NCBI GenBank assembly: GCA_026023565.1
Contig: JAPETS010000059.1
Location: 1 to 64,000 of the forward strand
Length of the DNA stretch: 64,000 bases
Origin: Cirrosporium novae-zelandiae
Lineage: Eukaryota
Direction: 5' to 3'
The notes beneath the pieces were generated by a model that searched no databases, was not told where the DNA came from, and saw only the letters and a program-made list of their open reading frames with translations. Shown here one piece after another: positions 1-12,179 of the stretch. The stretch's first letter is position 1, and each line of letters begins with the position of its first letter. Made by a program: the position numbers and the translations under genes.

Positions 1-124
1 CTAACCCTAACCCTAACCCTAACCCTAACCCTAACCCTAACCCTAACCCTAACCCTAACCCTAACCCTAACCCTAACCCTAACCCTAACCCTAACCCTAA
101 CCCTAACCCTAACCCTAACCCTAA
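1..124. repeat. Telomeric repeat tract (CCCTAA)n, left chromosome end
   Basis: CTAA plus 20 perfect CCCTAA units from base 1; this is the TTAGGG-type telomere of filamentous ascomycetes. Confidence 0.99.
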
Positions 125-1050
125 AAAAATGGGCCCGTAATAGATACGCGGGGTAAACGCATACGTGAGCAAAAACTGAAAAAATCGAAAATAGGTGCGA
201 ATAGGCCTATTTATAGGCTACGAACACCGAAATAGCGCTAAAAAACTATCCGGTTAGATAAATCAGATAATTCTAGGAAACCCAAAAAAGGGGGGAAACT
301 ATATAGCCGAACCAGGGAGATGACCCCCACCATCTTAGCTAAAAGTAAGCCCGAAAGGGGATACGAAAGGGTCTAAAAACCCCCGAGTAGAGTCCGTCAT
401 AGCTTCTAAGCGGTATATGGACATAAAACAATGAATAATCATCATCATATCTAGCCGTTTATTCGATTAAAATATCCCGGTTATTAATCTGTTTTTTTTT
501 AGGATTTTTCCTTTCTCGTGAGATTCTTCGACGACGTTTTCCCGCCTGATCGTTTTTTTTCTGGAATAGGGATCGTAGTACCGAGTCGCTAGGCTTTATT
601 ACAAAATTTTGCCCCGGTTCGTTCGATTCGTTTTTTAGACGCTGTCGCCCTCTCGTGTCCGCCTGGTTCTCGCTAACGGCACGTATTCTTCTAGCCCCCG
701 ATATTTCCCCGCTGCTGCTAGACTTTATAGGCCTTAAATAAGCGTTAAATATTTCGTATGACGATCGTCACAGTAGTGAATTGATTTGGTGGCGCGGGGT
801 CACCAAAAAGCGTTTTTTCCTCCAATGAATAATCATTATTATTCACGTAAATTTCTTTTTTCGCTACAATCGATTTTTAGCTTTTGGACTTTGGGGAGGC
901 CTCTAAATCGAAAATTAAAGTTTGATTTTGTTTGAAGGCTGTCCCAAGGTCATTTTTCTAGACCTTGCTATTCTCCTAGCCTTTATCTAACAATCTTTTT
1001 TGACCGGTACCCCCGTTAGTCCCTCTATTATCCTACCCTTCATGATAATT
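125..1050. other. Subtelomeric non-coding DNA with RIP-like composition
   Basis: No ORFs; by eye CpA/TpG-poor and TpA/CpG-rich with A/T runs; short internal direct repeat at 429 and 823. Confidence 0.55.
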
Positions 1051-1153
1051 ACGATTCATTTTTATTGTCCCTATCTCTGCTCCACCACCATATAAAACAA
1101 ATAGCACAATATATAAGGGATCATTTACATGTCCTTTCCCGTTATCTCCTCCT

Positions 1154-2062
1154 TTACTTCTTTATAAAATCGCTACTCTGCGTAAGCCAGGTGCGGTAAT
1201 CCTGCATCCCAGGATGTAATCGCCGACACTCTTCAACATCTGCCCCATACCCGACGTCCTTGAACCACTGAAACATTGTGCCAAGGGCCTCTTTCATTAT
1301 GAGTTTCAGAGCAGAGCCCACAAGGCAAGGTGCCATCGGCATGTCTTTTCCGACAATCTCTCTAAATATGATAGCAGCCTCGGGTTGGGTTAATTCATCG
1401 CCTGCGAGTGATAGAGCTGTATTGCGATACTGCTCTGGAGATAGGAGGGCTTGGGCGGCGAACCAGCCAATGTCCTTTGTAGACACGAGCTGGAGCTTCT
1501 TGGTTCCGATTTGTTCCCACAGTCGAGCAAAGCCCAAACCATGGCGGTCGGTGCTCAGGTTTTCGAAAAAGGTAACGGGCCGGAGGATGGTATAAGTCAT
1601 GCTCTGCCCACTAGCTGCAGCTTTCATTTCGAGATGTTTCTCGATATTGTATTTGGCAATGAAGTTGCTCACCACCGTCGGATTTTCAGGTGATTTGACG
1701 GGTCCGCCTCGATCGCCTGATGTATAGACAAAGTGGCTAGCACCGTTGGCAATAGCCGCATCGATGAGAGCCTTGCCTTGTTTTTCTTCATTATCGGAGC
1801 CTGGAGATGCGACTTGAACACTAAAGACACCCCAGACCGGACCCGTCTTCTCGAAGATAGCAGTAGGGTTATTAAGATCGCCTTCGACTAAGGAGACGTT
1901 GGGTTGGGATGCGAGGGATTGGGCGCTTCGAGACTTTTCGGATCGTGTAATAGCAATGATATTGAAGGTGTCCGCCGCCTTTGATTGGGAAAGGGCCTGG
2001 ATGACAGCACCACCCTGCTTGCCCGTAGCACCCGTGATGAGTAGGGTTTTTGGAGTAGACAT
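1154..2062 (-). CDS. NmrA-like family NAD(P)-binding protein
   Basis: Intronless 302 aa; LITGATGKQGG Rossmann motif, EEKQGKALIDAA..HFVYTS, TILRPVTFFEN and DIGWFAA are NmrA/HSCARG-like signatures. Confidence 0.9.
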   Translation of the reverse strand: MSTPKTLLITGATGKQGGAVIQALSQSKAADTFNIIAITRSEKSRSAQSLASQPNVSLVEGDLNNPTAIFEKTGPVWGVFSVQVASPGSDNEEKQGKALIDAAIANGASHFVYTSGDRGGPVKSPENPTVVSNFIAKYNIEKHLEMKAAASGQSMTYTILRPVTFFENLSTDRHGLGFARLWEQIGTKKLQLVSTKDIGWFAAQALLSPEQYRNTALSLAGDELTQPEAAIIFREIVGKDMPMAPCLVGSALKLIMKEALGTMFQWFKDVGYGADVEECRRLHPGMQDYRTWLTQSSDFIKK

Positions 2063-3853
2063 GTTATGAGTAGTGGTAAGAAAGTTAGGAATACATATGC
2101 CTTTTTAAGGACAAGATGCCAGAGTGACTGCGCCTTTTAACGCAGGTTTCTGCATCCATTCCCATGGATTTTCTTTTCACGGCCTCCGCCCATGCATCCG
2201 CCCGTCAAGTTGGCTCATCCTACAGGATCATGGACAATAACGCTGGCTGGCCCCTGCTAACAGGGGTGACCTTGGCCTGCAGCGCTATCTAAACTATAGA
2301 TAACTTAATGCTGTCGGCATAGACTTCGGAGCCCTACAGTTTTTTTGTCCTCTCGTAATCGGACCTGAGTTGTTCACTTCCATCAAAAGTTGGTTCCTCC
2401 CAGCTCCAATCTCATATGTCAAGGACCAAATTTTGGTGAAATGACCAACTCCCAGTCGTTATCACTCTAGGTCAGTTATATTACTTGATCCTTGATCATC
2501 AATACCTTCTAGCTATAGCAGCGGATAAAATTATTAAGGTTCCTAGACCCTAGTTCCCCCATCAAATATTGATGTGTCCACGGAGATAAGTTTGGCGGAC
2601 TCGGCCTTCGGGGTAATTATAAAACATTAAGCTTTCTACATGGTTCGCAATATCACAAAGAGTTAATTTGGTCTCGTCCGGGGTTCCTTAGGCCAGTCAT
2701 TGACCTTAGCGAGGAATTCAATTGGCATGTCCGGAGCAAAACCCCAAATGGTTCCCTGGTGTCAACCGGACGGATTAAACTACAGAAGGCTAGCGGATGG
2801 GAATACCGGTCGTAACACTTCTAATATAAACTTCAAATCTTCGAGGTAGGTTACTGCATACACCCTCTGCGTTGTGTGGTTTTCAGCATAGACAAAACAA
2901 CCCTAGGTGTTCAACGAAGTAGTGGGGATGACTTTCAAGTACATGTACTGTACATACGACTCATACTCTGCTTCATGGTTATCGACATCTCCCATCTATC
3001 CTCTAGATCGCTTCATGTGTCGAAGATAGTCTTAAATTGTGTGTATAATATATAAACCCCCTCTCCTTGCCACGCTTTAATCTAATTCATCAAGTTCCCA
3101 ATAGTCCACCAAATTTTCACGAGACAGTCCCAACTATATACCACTTTCCATTTTGGTTTGAATCCGTTAAAAGGGTGACCACCTGATTAATTCTTCTCGT
3201 GCCCTTCTCTCTCTTTAGCTCAACCAATAACCAGAATTGTGTACTTGGTGCTTGATTATTTGACTAAAAAACATTTCCCTACTCGAAGAAGAATGTTATG
3301 ATGAGTAGATGACGTGTTCAATGTTACACTTAGTCTCTCGATTGTCATTTTTTTTTTCAAGAATGCGAAAATGATGGATTTCATGTGAAGAACGATATTA
3401 TTGTCCATAGCGCTGATGCAACGTTCAAGATATGAGGTAACAATGTTCCAATAGCGACCGTTGCAATATATCCTATTGCGAGCTCTTCCCCGCGTTGTAT
3501 GCACATCTTCCCCGCATGCTGGATCGATTCCAGCTCATCTCAATGCTTCTCCGAATGACTGCTCAGGTGCTTTCTGAATAATTCATTATATCAATCTATT
3601 TCGATGGCTGCGACAGCAGATGCTCAAGATAGCTATGACAGGTAGATAGCATGATAAATAGCGGGCGATGTGCTCCCTCGGACTACACAGTCTTCTTCAG
3701 CATCGATTGATCTGATCCCAAGACCAGACACAGCCAGAAGTTGCTTCATGGTCTCCCTCTAGATACTCCTTTTTGGGCATTACCTTGATCATTCCTACCT
3801 GGTTGGAACCCTCTGCAAGGTGCACCAAGTCAACATTTCCTGCCACTGCTTGA

Positions 3854-4930
3854 ATGCTTCATCTTAATCTCAACATGATGCGCTTTACACCCCCCTTCGC
3901 CATGAGCGTACTGCTACTCCTTGGCGTCTGGGACTGGTTATGCGTCCCATTTGCCATGGCACTCCCCGTTGCTGCTACAACTTCTGTAACAGCAGCTACA
4001 ACGTCCGCATCGCAATCAACCTCCATCACCGGTCGCATCTATGTCGGTCCATCTGAGGTCCCTACCGATGCCGAGCTCGCCACGTACGAAACGCAATGGA
4101 TAGATCCAGTCAGCACCCCTGCGAATCTCACCACTTTCCACCTATACGAGCAACCCGCACGCGGCTCCAACCTCCTCGGTAGTTATCTTATCTATCTACC
4201 TCCCGAGTACAACTTCTCAACTGCTAGCTTCCCTGTCATGTACTGGCTGCACGGTGGGTATGGATACTCCGACGAATGTGCCTGGGGCGTCAGCAATTAT
4301 CACGCCGCGATGCTCGTAGGCGAGATGCCCCAAACCATCATCGTGTGCCCACAAGCCCTGCCGATCGGTTACTACGTCAACTCATTTGACGGTGTGCGCC
4401 CCATCGAGGACGTCATGATTCAAGACCTCATTACGCACATCGACTTAACCTACCGCACACTCACCGACCGGGCTTCCCGGGGAATCGAGGGCATGTCCAT
4501 GGGCGGCTACGGCACACTACACCTCGCCTTCAAATACCCTATGCTCTTCGGGGCCATCTCCGCCATCGCGCCTAGCATCTTGCCCAACCTGACCGATGAG
4601 CCTTGGCAACGCACGGCTGACACGTTCAACTACTCGACCGAGTATTGGGAGGCCAATGCGCCTTGGACACTTGCCGAGGAAAACGCACAGTACCTAAGAG
4701 AAAATACGTATATACGAATTGCCGAGGGTAGCAATGATACGCGGCTGAATAAGGCAATTAATTCGTTCGGCGCCACCCTCACTGCATTGGGCATCCCTTA
4801 CGACTCGTGGGTGACGGAGGGTGCGGAACACGATTATGAGGAGATTGTATCGGGAATGGGAGCCCTAGCCTGGTCGTTTTGGGAGCACGCGTTTCCACCC
4901 ACTCCAAGAATAAGGCACTATTGTGAATAG
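3854..4930 (+). CDS. Secreted putative esterase (alpha/beta hydrolase, CE1/PF00756-like)
   Basis: Hydrophobic N-terminus, Thr/Ser linker, IYLPPEY, YWLHGG, nucleophile elbow GMSMGG, C-terminal GAEHD; intronless; start may be the ATG at 3875 or 3902. Confidence 0.85.
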   Translation: MLHLNLNMMRFTPPFAMSVLLLLGVWDWLCVPFAMALPVAATTSVTAATTSASQSTSITGRIYVGPSEVPTDAELATYETQWIDPVSTPANLTTFHLYEQPARGSNLLGSYLIYLPPEYNFSTASFPVMYWLHGGYGYSDECAWGVSNYHAAMLVGEMPQTIIVCPQALPIGYYVNSFDGVRPIEDVMIQDLITHIDLTYRTLTDRASRGIEGMSMGGYGTLHLAFKYPMLFGAISAIAPSILPNLTDEPWQRTADTFNYSTEYWEANAPWTLAEENAQYLRENTYIRIAEGSNDTRLNKAINSFGATLTALGIPYDSWVTEGAEHDYEEIVSGMGALAWSFWEHAFPPTPRIRHYCE

Positions 4931-5296
4931 TTTTCAGGATAAGGTTATTACGTGACCCGTCTTGGTATGGTATCGTTATTTGTAAGACTTGTAGGAGTGG
5001 CCTTACGGTTAATGCCGCCAAGAATCCATAATTGTGTAGATTCTTTCCTGGTAGAAATATGAGAATCCTTATTACCTAGACTCCTACATTTGAATGTAGG
5101 CTCTCCTAGGTTCTTACACAACACGGAACATAGCAAATATAATTATTTCATATTTTTTTATTAGTAATAGTTAGTCTATTAGATAGTGACGCTAAATAAT
5201 AATAAAAACCAATTCTATCCAACACCATAGCTGATCAATAATAAATATCAAAGGCACAATGAGATGCCAAGGGAAACTATTCGACTTTATCTAGTT

Positions 5297-6762
5297 TCAA
5301 TGTCTAAGGGCCCTCTCATCACTATACCGAGGGTGCTCTTCTTCTCCATCTGTTGAATCTGTAATGCTTGCTTTGCTGCTTGATGGATTATGCTCGGCCT
5401 CGGTAGAGACGATTACCGTGTCCGTCGTCTTCATGATTCCACCAATCTCGGCAAGACCTTCAGCGGGAGAATCACCACCGCCCTGGACTGTGAAAGCGTA
5501 GTTTCCTAGCCCAGTATGTGGATCATGATCGGTCCGAGTTCCATTCGTTTGCGACCGCTGAATCTTTTTCACGTTCTCGAGCACTGTGTCTCCGTATGTG
5601 TTGGTGTCTCCGTATGTGTTGGTGTCGACTGAGTATGGGTTGCGGCGGTTGGGCTGTCGAGCTATCTTAGAGATAAGCTCCGCCATTGTCATCTCAATGT
5701 TGATTTTAACAATGTAAGCCAACGGATGGAATTGCATATCTGGATACGTCAGATTTTTTTATCCTTTCCCAAGTTTACCCCTTCAAGTGGGGAGGAAAGA
5801 GTTTGAGGGTTATGGTTATTGAAACATCACATACAGATGAATGTATTTGGAAGACTCATCATTGCAATGATTAAGACCTAGGAATGTAGTTTGTTAGCAT
5901 GACCATCCAAAAATATTCCGACGGTATCCGGGATGGAAAGGTACTAACATCCATCGACAATGAAAACCCAATGATCCCCATATTGAAGTTGACCAAAGGC
6001 CTATACTTTTCAAGTCCTGGCGTGACTAGTCTATTCTTCACGATATAGATAAAGTATGCATTCAGGGCAGCGTCTACTATAAGGTAGATGACCTTTTCGC
6101 ACCGGTCCCATGCCACATTGATCGCGATATAAGTTTCGGAGATCTGCAGACGAGCAGGAATCCAAATACAGTAAACTGAGACGTTGATAGCAGTAATGAA
6201 TGCGGCGGTTCCATATTTGATCCAGGCTGCTTTCCGCTTATTAACCAGTAGAATAGAGAGCCGATTGATGATGACTTGGAGAAGGAATTGCACCTAAGCA
6301 CAATGTAAGTCTATATCGTCAACGAAAAGCGAAAAACCGACCTGCAAAGCCCAAAGCGTTACTACCCTTTTATTTCAGCTTACGTCATGAACCCAAGGAG
6401 ATGTAGAATAAACCCACGGATAAAGAAATAGAAAGCAAAACTATATCAAGTCAGAAGAAGCGTTCTCCATGTAACACAAGTTTAAGGGGATAATGTTTGG
6501 GAGCTGACCTTGGAGGTATCACTCCATCTAGATGAAGCCAGCATATGATGCTGAATGTCGCGGAGACAAGTATCTCTAGCCAAATCATCCAGATATATGG
6601 GGTGTTGATACTAGAACGCTTTCCGACCTGGACTGTTTGATCTATAGCTTTGGCCGTAGTCAGGAATCCAAAACCAATAGAGAATCCCCAAGCAATGCTG
6701 GCGATTTTTTTATCGGTCAAGGTTACCTCGATAGGGACATAGTTAGGTGAAAGAAGACTCAT
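5297..6762 (-). CDS. Fungal multi-pass integral membrane protein of unknown function (about 6 exons)
   Basis: Hydrophobic ORF segments 6451-6762, 5871-6293 and 5297-5737 join via GT-AG introns and two microexons of about 23 and 20 nt; motif HPLAYIVKINIEM followed by a hydrophilic tail. Confidence 0.8.
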
Positions 6763-9700
6763 ATTGATTGAGGTAGATGGTATATTTTGGGTGGTCGGTA
6801 TAATTCAGAATAATGGCTTAATGATAGGAGTGAAAGAACGACAATGTCAGTAGACAGGTATGTGAAAAGGAATGCTGAAGGAACAACAGCGAGAAGAGAC
6901 ATCATTTTATTATCAATCAATGTTGATGGTATTCGGCATGTCGTGGAGGGATTTTGAATGCCTGAACAGTGCTAGACCAAAAGGTTTACCCGGAAAGACT
7001 TGAGATATCCCCCCAGAGCATAATTCCAGTTCGCCCACATAGAGAACTACAAGGCTAAAATCGATGGAGTGGGTTTACCGTATCCGGAAACGAACGGTCG
7101 GACCTTACCAAAATATATCCGCCAAAACAAAAGCTTAGGCCTAGACATTTATCGAGGCTGAAAGGTTTGATCTTCAGGGTCCCCTTTCTGTGGGAGCATA
7201 AGCTTTTGGACAAGGATGATGAGATCAGTGGGAATGGTTATCAAGGTATCCGTGAATCTCTGTTAGCATCAAACACGAATCTGCTTTTGCTTTCCAGTCG
7301 ATCAAGAAGAAACGCATAAAGTATCTGTCCAATCAATCTTATTCTCTCACAAGAGAGTGCGCTTGATGCTGGTCATCGTCTAATAAATTGGCCAAAATGG
7401 GTTGTTCTTTGATTCGATCATAGAAAAACCCAACATGGCTTGAACGTAAATAGATTATGACATGGTGGTTATCAAGGTATGTATAGAGGCTAACTGGTTA
7501 AAGAGAAAGCAAAGACCTAAATTAAAATTCTAAAGTCCAAAGTTAATCAACTTAGTATACCGAAATAAAAGTGTAAGGTAATCTACGGCTTTCTCGTGGT
7601 ATCCTCTACCGAATAATGAGATGGGGGGCACGTGGGGGGATATCCCAGAGAGCCCAAGTTGTAATAGCAAAGGGTGGGGAATGCGTTACCCATTGCCCAA
7701 CAGATAAAAATGCCAACCGCAGCACAGCGGGTCGGACAGCCAGCCAACTTGGCGGGTCTTATCTATTGATCCCGACTTCTAAAGCTTGAACCGCCCATGA
7801 CACAGTTACATGCCCAGTTGTGTTCATAACTGTCTTTAATACAGTTTTATGCACTGTGTCATTGGTGAGCAATGTGCTTCACGGTACATGTATCACAAAG
7901 CGACCTGATTAGTGGTAGGCGTCAGCGCGGATCCCGGAACTTCTAACGTAAGATGCCTTTTCCCGGGGTAGATGAAGATCCATCACCTAGATGATCTATG
8001 CCTGGATGAGTTCTTTGTTCATGACAGTTGGTACTTTGAGTATTGTACCTGCTTTTCTAACTGCCTACCGAGTGCCAGTAGCATTGAACTTGTGTTTCCT
8101 GAATAGGTGAATAAAAGAGCTAGAAAGTAATTAGTTATTAGGATCTTCGTACTTTCGTGTTTTGTGCGTAATGATCCCATGGAGTTTGCAGACTACCAAA
8201 GATCTACTACATCCACCGAAAAAAAACCTTAAATATACCCCTACACTAAACCATGTTGGGAGGCAAGTTGATATCACAAGTCAAACTGAGAACGAGACCT
8301 TTATTGGGGTACGTACTTCGTCTAATGTCCCACCTCGCTTATAATCACCCTCTCAGCTTCCTTGGACCTTTTCATTATCATCCCCAAGTTGGTTGAATAA
8401 ACTCATTCACCTCTATTGTTACATCTCTTATACTCGAGTACAAGTAAAATCCGAGAGTTCCTGCATGGCCTCGTGGATCTGGTCTTTTGCGGCTTCAGGG
8501 TCTCCAGGGGCTGAATGGAATATTTACCTAATGGTTTTTCCCCGTGGGGTGGATAGATTGATATGATTGATTACTATACATTATTCCTAGATAGGTGGGG
8601 ACTACACTTTCTTAGATCTTAGGTACCACAACGAAATCATTTCCGGGTGTTAACAAAGGCAGATAGACACATTGAGTTTATGCGGACTGGCAGGAAATTC
8701 TCTAATTGGCTGTTTCCCCGGCGTGCTAATTTCTAAGAAGCATCGCAGAAGATTGTCTTTGGGTCACCCAGTTTATGCATTGGCATTCTCAATCTGCTAG
8801 TAGTTCTGTTGATCTCTGTGATAAGGACAATAAAGTTAAGGTTACGTGGCGGTTTGACAAAAGTTTGTTTTAAGATCTTTGAACAAATGAACATGGCATC
8901 CAAGCTCCGCAGATCTTAAAAATTATTTTTCTCAACTACGTTTTTATAACTGATTGCTAAACATTTGGCGTTTGTTGCCGATAGGATGACATCCATGACA
9001 TAATGTGTTTAGCAATTGGCATTAAATATATTTTCATTATTGCTCATGTTTCGTCTCTAGCAGTTGGGAAGGCATCGTAAGGAATTAAAGAAGATGTCTT
9101 TACTACGTTCCTATATTATATACAAGCATTCGATAGATGCATCTTCTTCTAAAAGCTGTATCGGCGTCATAGTTTCCTTGTATCATTTCCACATGGCAGA
9201 CATGTGTTTCACATAATAAAACCATATGCCATGCTGTGTGGCACGTCAGCCTTACCTTCCGCTCGTCCAACACAATAAGGCTACCTGTTTTCTCATGCCG
9301 TCTACTGTGGTACACACAGTGCTTTTAAAAGTAGTACTTTGGGAGATCCACACAAGTATCGATTTGGAAAATCTAACCCCCAGCCCCTAACCACATGCCA
9401 CCTAGAGACCCTAGATATTGTTGGGGGATTACTTTTGAAAGTATACCTAGTCATAGACTTACTCAAACCGGTCGTACCGGTTGATCTGTGGAGGATGGCG
9501 GTCAATGGCCGGAAATTCCGCGGCCCGAATGTAAAGCTAAGTGCCCAAGTACCTTAATTACCTAATTTTTACTCATTCTCTATTCTCAAATGAGGCCTCA
9601 TCACCTCTTTGCAGTTCTGTCTCCGTCCCCTCCCAAAGTCTCTCCCCTCCTTTCAAGTAATTATCAATGAAATAGTCTATTGCGACAGTAACCCACACGC

Positions 9701-10009
9701 AACTTATAATATTTCCAACCTTGATAACATTCCAATCCCACTTGAATTTACCACCTTTGTGAATTCAACTGCAATCTCTTTGGTTGCTGATCATTATCTG
9801 TAATTGGTTGTTGGTCCAGCTGTTTTATCCATCTTCAGCTACCATGTCAGGTTACAACACACAAACCCCCACAATAGGCGGTCGAAGATTAGCCTGGTTA
9901 GCTTCTTGCGTGTACAAAAATCTCATGTTCAAGAAAGAATAGGATTTCATAACTGTACATGTACAGTACATGAAGAAATGTTGCATAATGTTCACCAGAA
10001 AATATAATC

Positions 10010-11638
10010 ATGTTGTTCAAGCTGCTCCTCCCTCTCTTTCTTGGTGCCTACATCTATAGCTATGCCGAAGCTTTCGCCCTGGAATGCGATAAATCTGCCT
10101 TTGCAGCTATTATCCCATCCAGTGCAACAATCTTATATGCGGAGAAAGTCTCCGCCAACGGTTCATTCGGTGGCGGTGCTGCAGACCTCGAGTTTCCTAC
10201 CAACGCTACCGAGCTTCCGGAACTCTGTGCCATAGCTGTCAATGTGATATCATCCAATGTCTCTTCCTTCAACTTTGGACTCTTCCTACCAGCTGTATGG
10301 AACTCACGCTTCATAGCTACAGGTAATGGCGGCTTCGGCGGCGGCATTAATTGGCCTGTCATGGGCACCTTTTCACATTACGGTTTTGCGTCCATGTCTA
10401 CAGACACTGGCCACATCTCCATATCTAGTAATGCTTCTTGGGCTCTGGATGCTCCAGAAAAAAGAACGGATTGGGGTTACCGAGCTATGCATGGCTCAAT
10501 CGTCCTGTCGAAGCAAATCATAGCTGTATATTACAATTCGTCCATTAAATACTCATACTATTCCGGCTGCTCCACCGGTGGACGTCAAGGCCTCAAGGAG
10601 GCAGAAATGTTCCCCGACGACTTTGATGGGATTGTAGTCGGGGCTCCAGCATGGTGGACCACGCATCTGCAAACCTGGTCGACCAAGGTTGGCATGTATA
10701 ACCTCCCTACAAATGCTTCGCATCATATCCCAGACTCCCTTTTTTCAACTATCTCCGCAGAAGTCTTCCGCCAGTGTGATCCCCAGGACGGCCTTGTCGA
10801 CAACATCATCTCCGACCCGGCCGGATGCGACTTCTTTCCTGAAGCTCTTCTCTGTGGATCCGACTCTAATACATCGGCCTGCCTTACAGCCCCTCAAATA
10901 GAAACCTTGTACCATGTCTATAATGACTATGTAGATGTGAACCAAACATTTGTCTTCCCGCACCTTGAACTTGGATCCGAGGATCAGTGGTCGGTCCTGC
11001 TAGGTGTTACTGATGACGAACCTAGCCCCTACGGTATATCCTACATATCCAACTTCCTTATGAATGACCCCAACTGGGATTGGCATGACTTTGACTATAG
11101 TGTCGTCGAGCTGGCTGATAAACTGGATCCCGGTAATGCCACAGCCAACAATTTCAATCTGTCTTCGTTTTATTCCAAGGGTGGAAAACTAATGCAGTAT
11201 CACGGCCTGGCCGATGGGTTAATCGCTACAGGATCGAGTGTTTACTTCTACAAGCACGTTCTGAGGACCTTGTTGCCAAAAGGGATTGAATTAGATGATT
11301 TTTACCGTTTCTTCCTGGTCCCAGGGATGCAACATTGCAGTGGCAGCGTCAACGACGCACCATGGTATTTTGCAGGGGCATCGCAGAACGAGGATATTGC
11401 GACATATTCGACACCAGGTTTCATGGACTCGAAACACGATATTTTGCTGGCGCTGATGAGCTGGGTGGAAAATGGGACAGCCCCAGACAAGATCGTGGCG
11501 ACCAAGTACACAAATGATACTGTGGCACAGGGGGTTTCAAGACAGAGACCAATTTGTCCATTTCCAAAACAGGCAAGATATATCGGTACTGGGGATGTGA
11601 ATGTAGCGAAGAATTGGAAATGCGAGCTTTTGTATTAA
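10010..11638 (+). CDS. Secreted tannase/feruloyl esterase family protein
   Basis: 542 aa with signal peptide; GNGG, STDTGH, catalytic GCSTGG, FDGIVVGAPA, HGLADGLI, PGMQHC (CS-D-HC motif), RPICPFP. Confidence 0.95.
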   Translation: MLFKLLLPLFLGAYIYSYAEAFALECDKSAFAAIIPSSATILYAEKVSANGSFGGGAADLEFPTNATELPELCAIAVNVISSNVSSFNFGLFLPAVWNSRFIATGNGGFGGGINWPVMGTFSHYGFASMSTDTGHISISSNASWALDAPEKRTDWGYRAMHGSIVLSKQIIAVYYNSSIKYSYYSGCSTGGRQGLKEAEMFPDDFDGIVVGAPAWWTTHLQTWSTKVGMYNLPTNASHHIPDSLFSTISAEVFRQCDPQDGLVDNIISDPAGCDFFPEALLCGSDSNTSACLTAPQIETLYHVYNDYVDVNQTFVFPHLELGSEDQWSVLLGVTDDEPSPYGISYISNFLMNDPNWDWHDFDYSVVELADKLDPGNATANNFNLSSFYSKGGKLMQYHGLADGLIATGSSVYFYKHVLRTLLPKGIELDDFYRFFLVPGMQHCSGSVNDAPWYFAGASQNEDIATYSTPGFMDSKHDILLALMSWVENGTAPDKIVATKYTNDTVAQGVSRQRPICPFPKQARYIGTGDVNVAKNWKCELLY

Positions 11639-12179
11639 GAACTAGGTAGATGGCAGAGGGTTCTTATGTGAATACGGATTTCAAGGTTGTCGTATCGTGA
11701 AGAAATATGGAGCAAAATGGATGCATATCATATTGTTGACTCGTCGGAAAGAGAATATATCAATATCCGAGTCAGCGTGAATTCCGTATAGAGGAAAAGC
11801 AGCCATCATCAACTAGAGCATGTAATGATCGACTAGATAAATCAGGGCATCGAATTTGTCGGCTGTTAATGCTACTCTGGAATAGATTGCTATAGCCAAG
11901 AGTTTCATGCGACACTTCCAAGGATCTTAGGTCTATAGACTACATGGCAGGCGTGGGCAGTGGACACAGTTATGAGCGAGATGTGTGATTTTGTGTATGG
12001 TTCTTTATTAAATTTATCCAAAATATTCTAGTTATACTATCTAGTCTTGGCACGGCATCTTCCGGAATCCTTAACAGAAACCACAGATGTGCCGTGATGT
12101 GGTCACGTAGACTCTTTCGCTTCGGTGGAAGCTACTAGTCAACCTGCGCTTTAGGTCACCACCGTTTCCCTTACAATAT

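Noticed and set aside
8953..9016. 11-bp inverted repeat ATTGCTAAACA/TGTTTAGCAAT as a MITE
   Set aside because: Very short, single copy in the window, no clear target-site duplication
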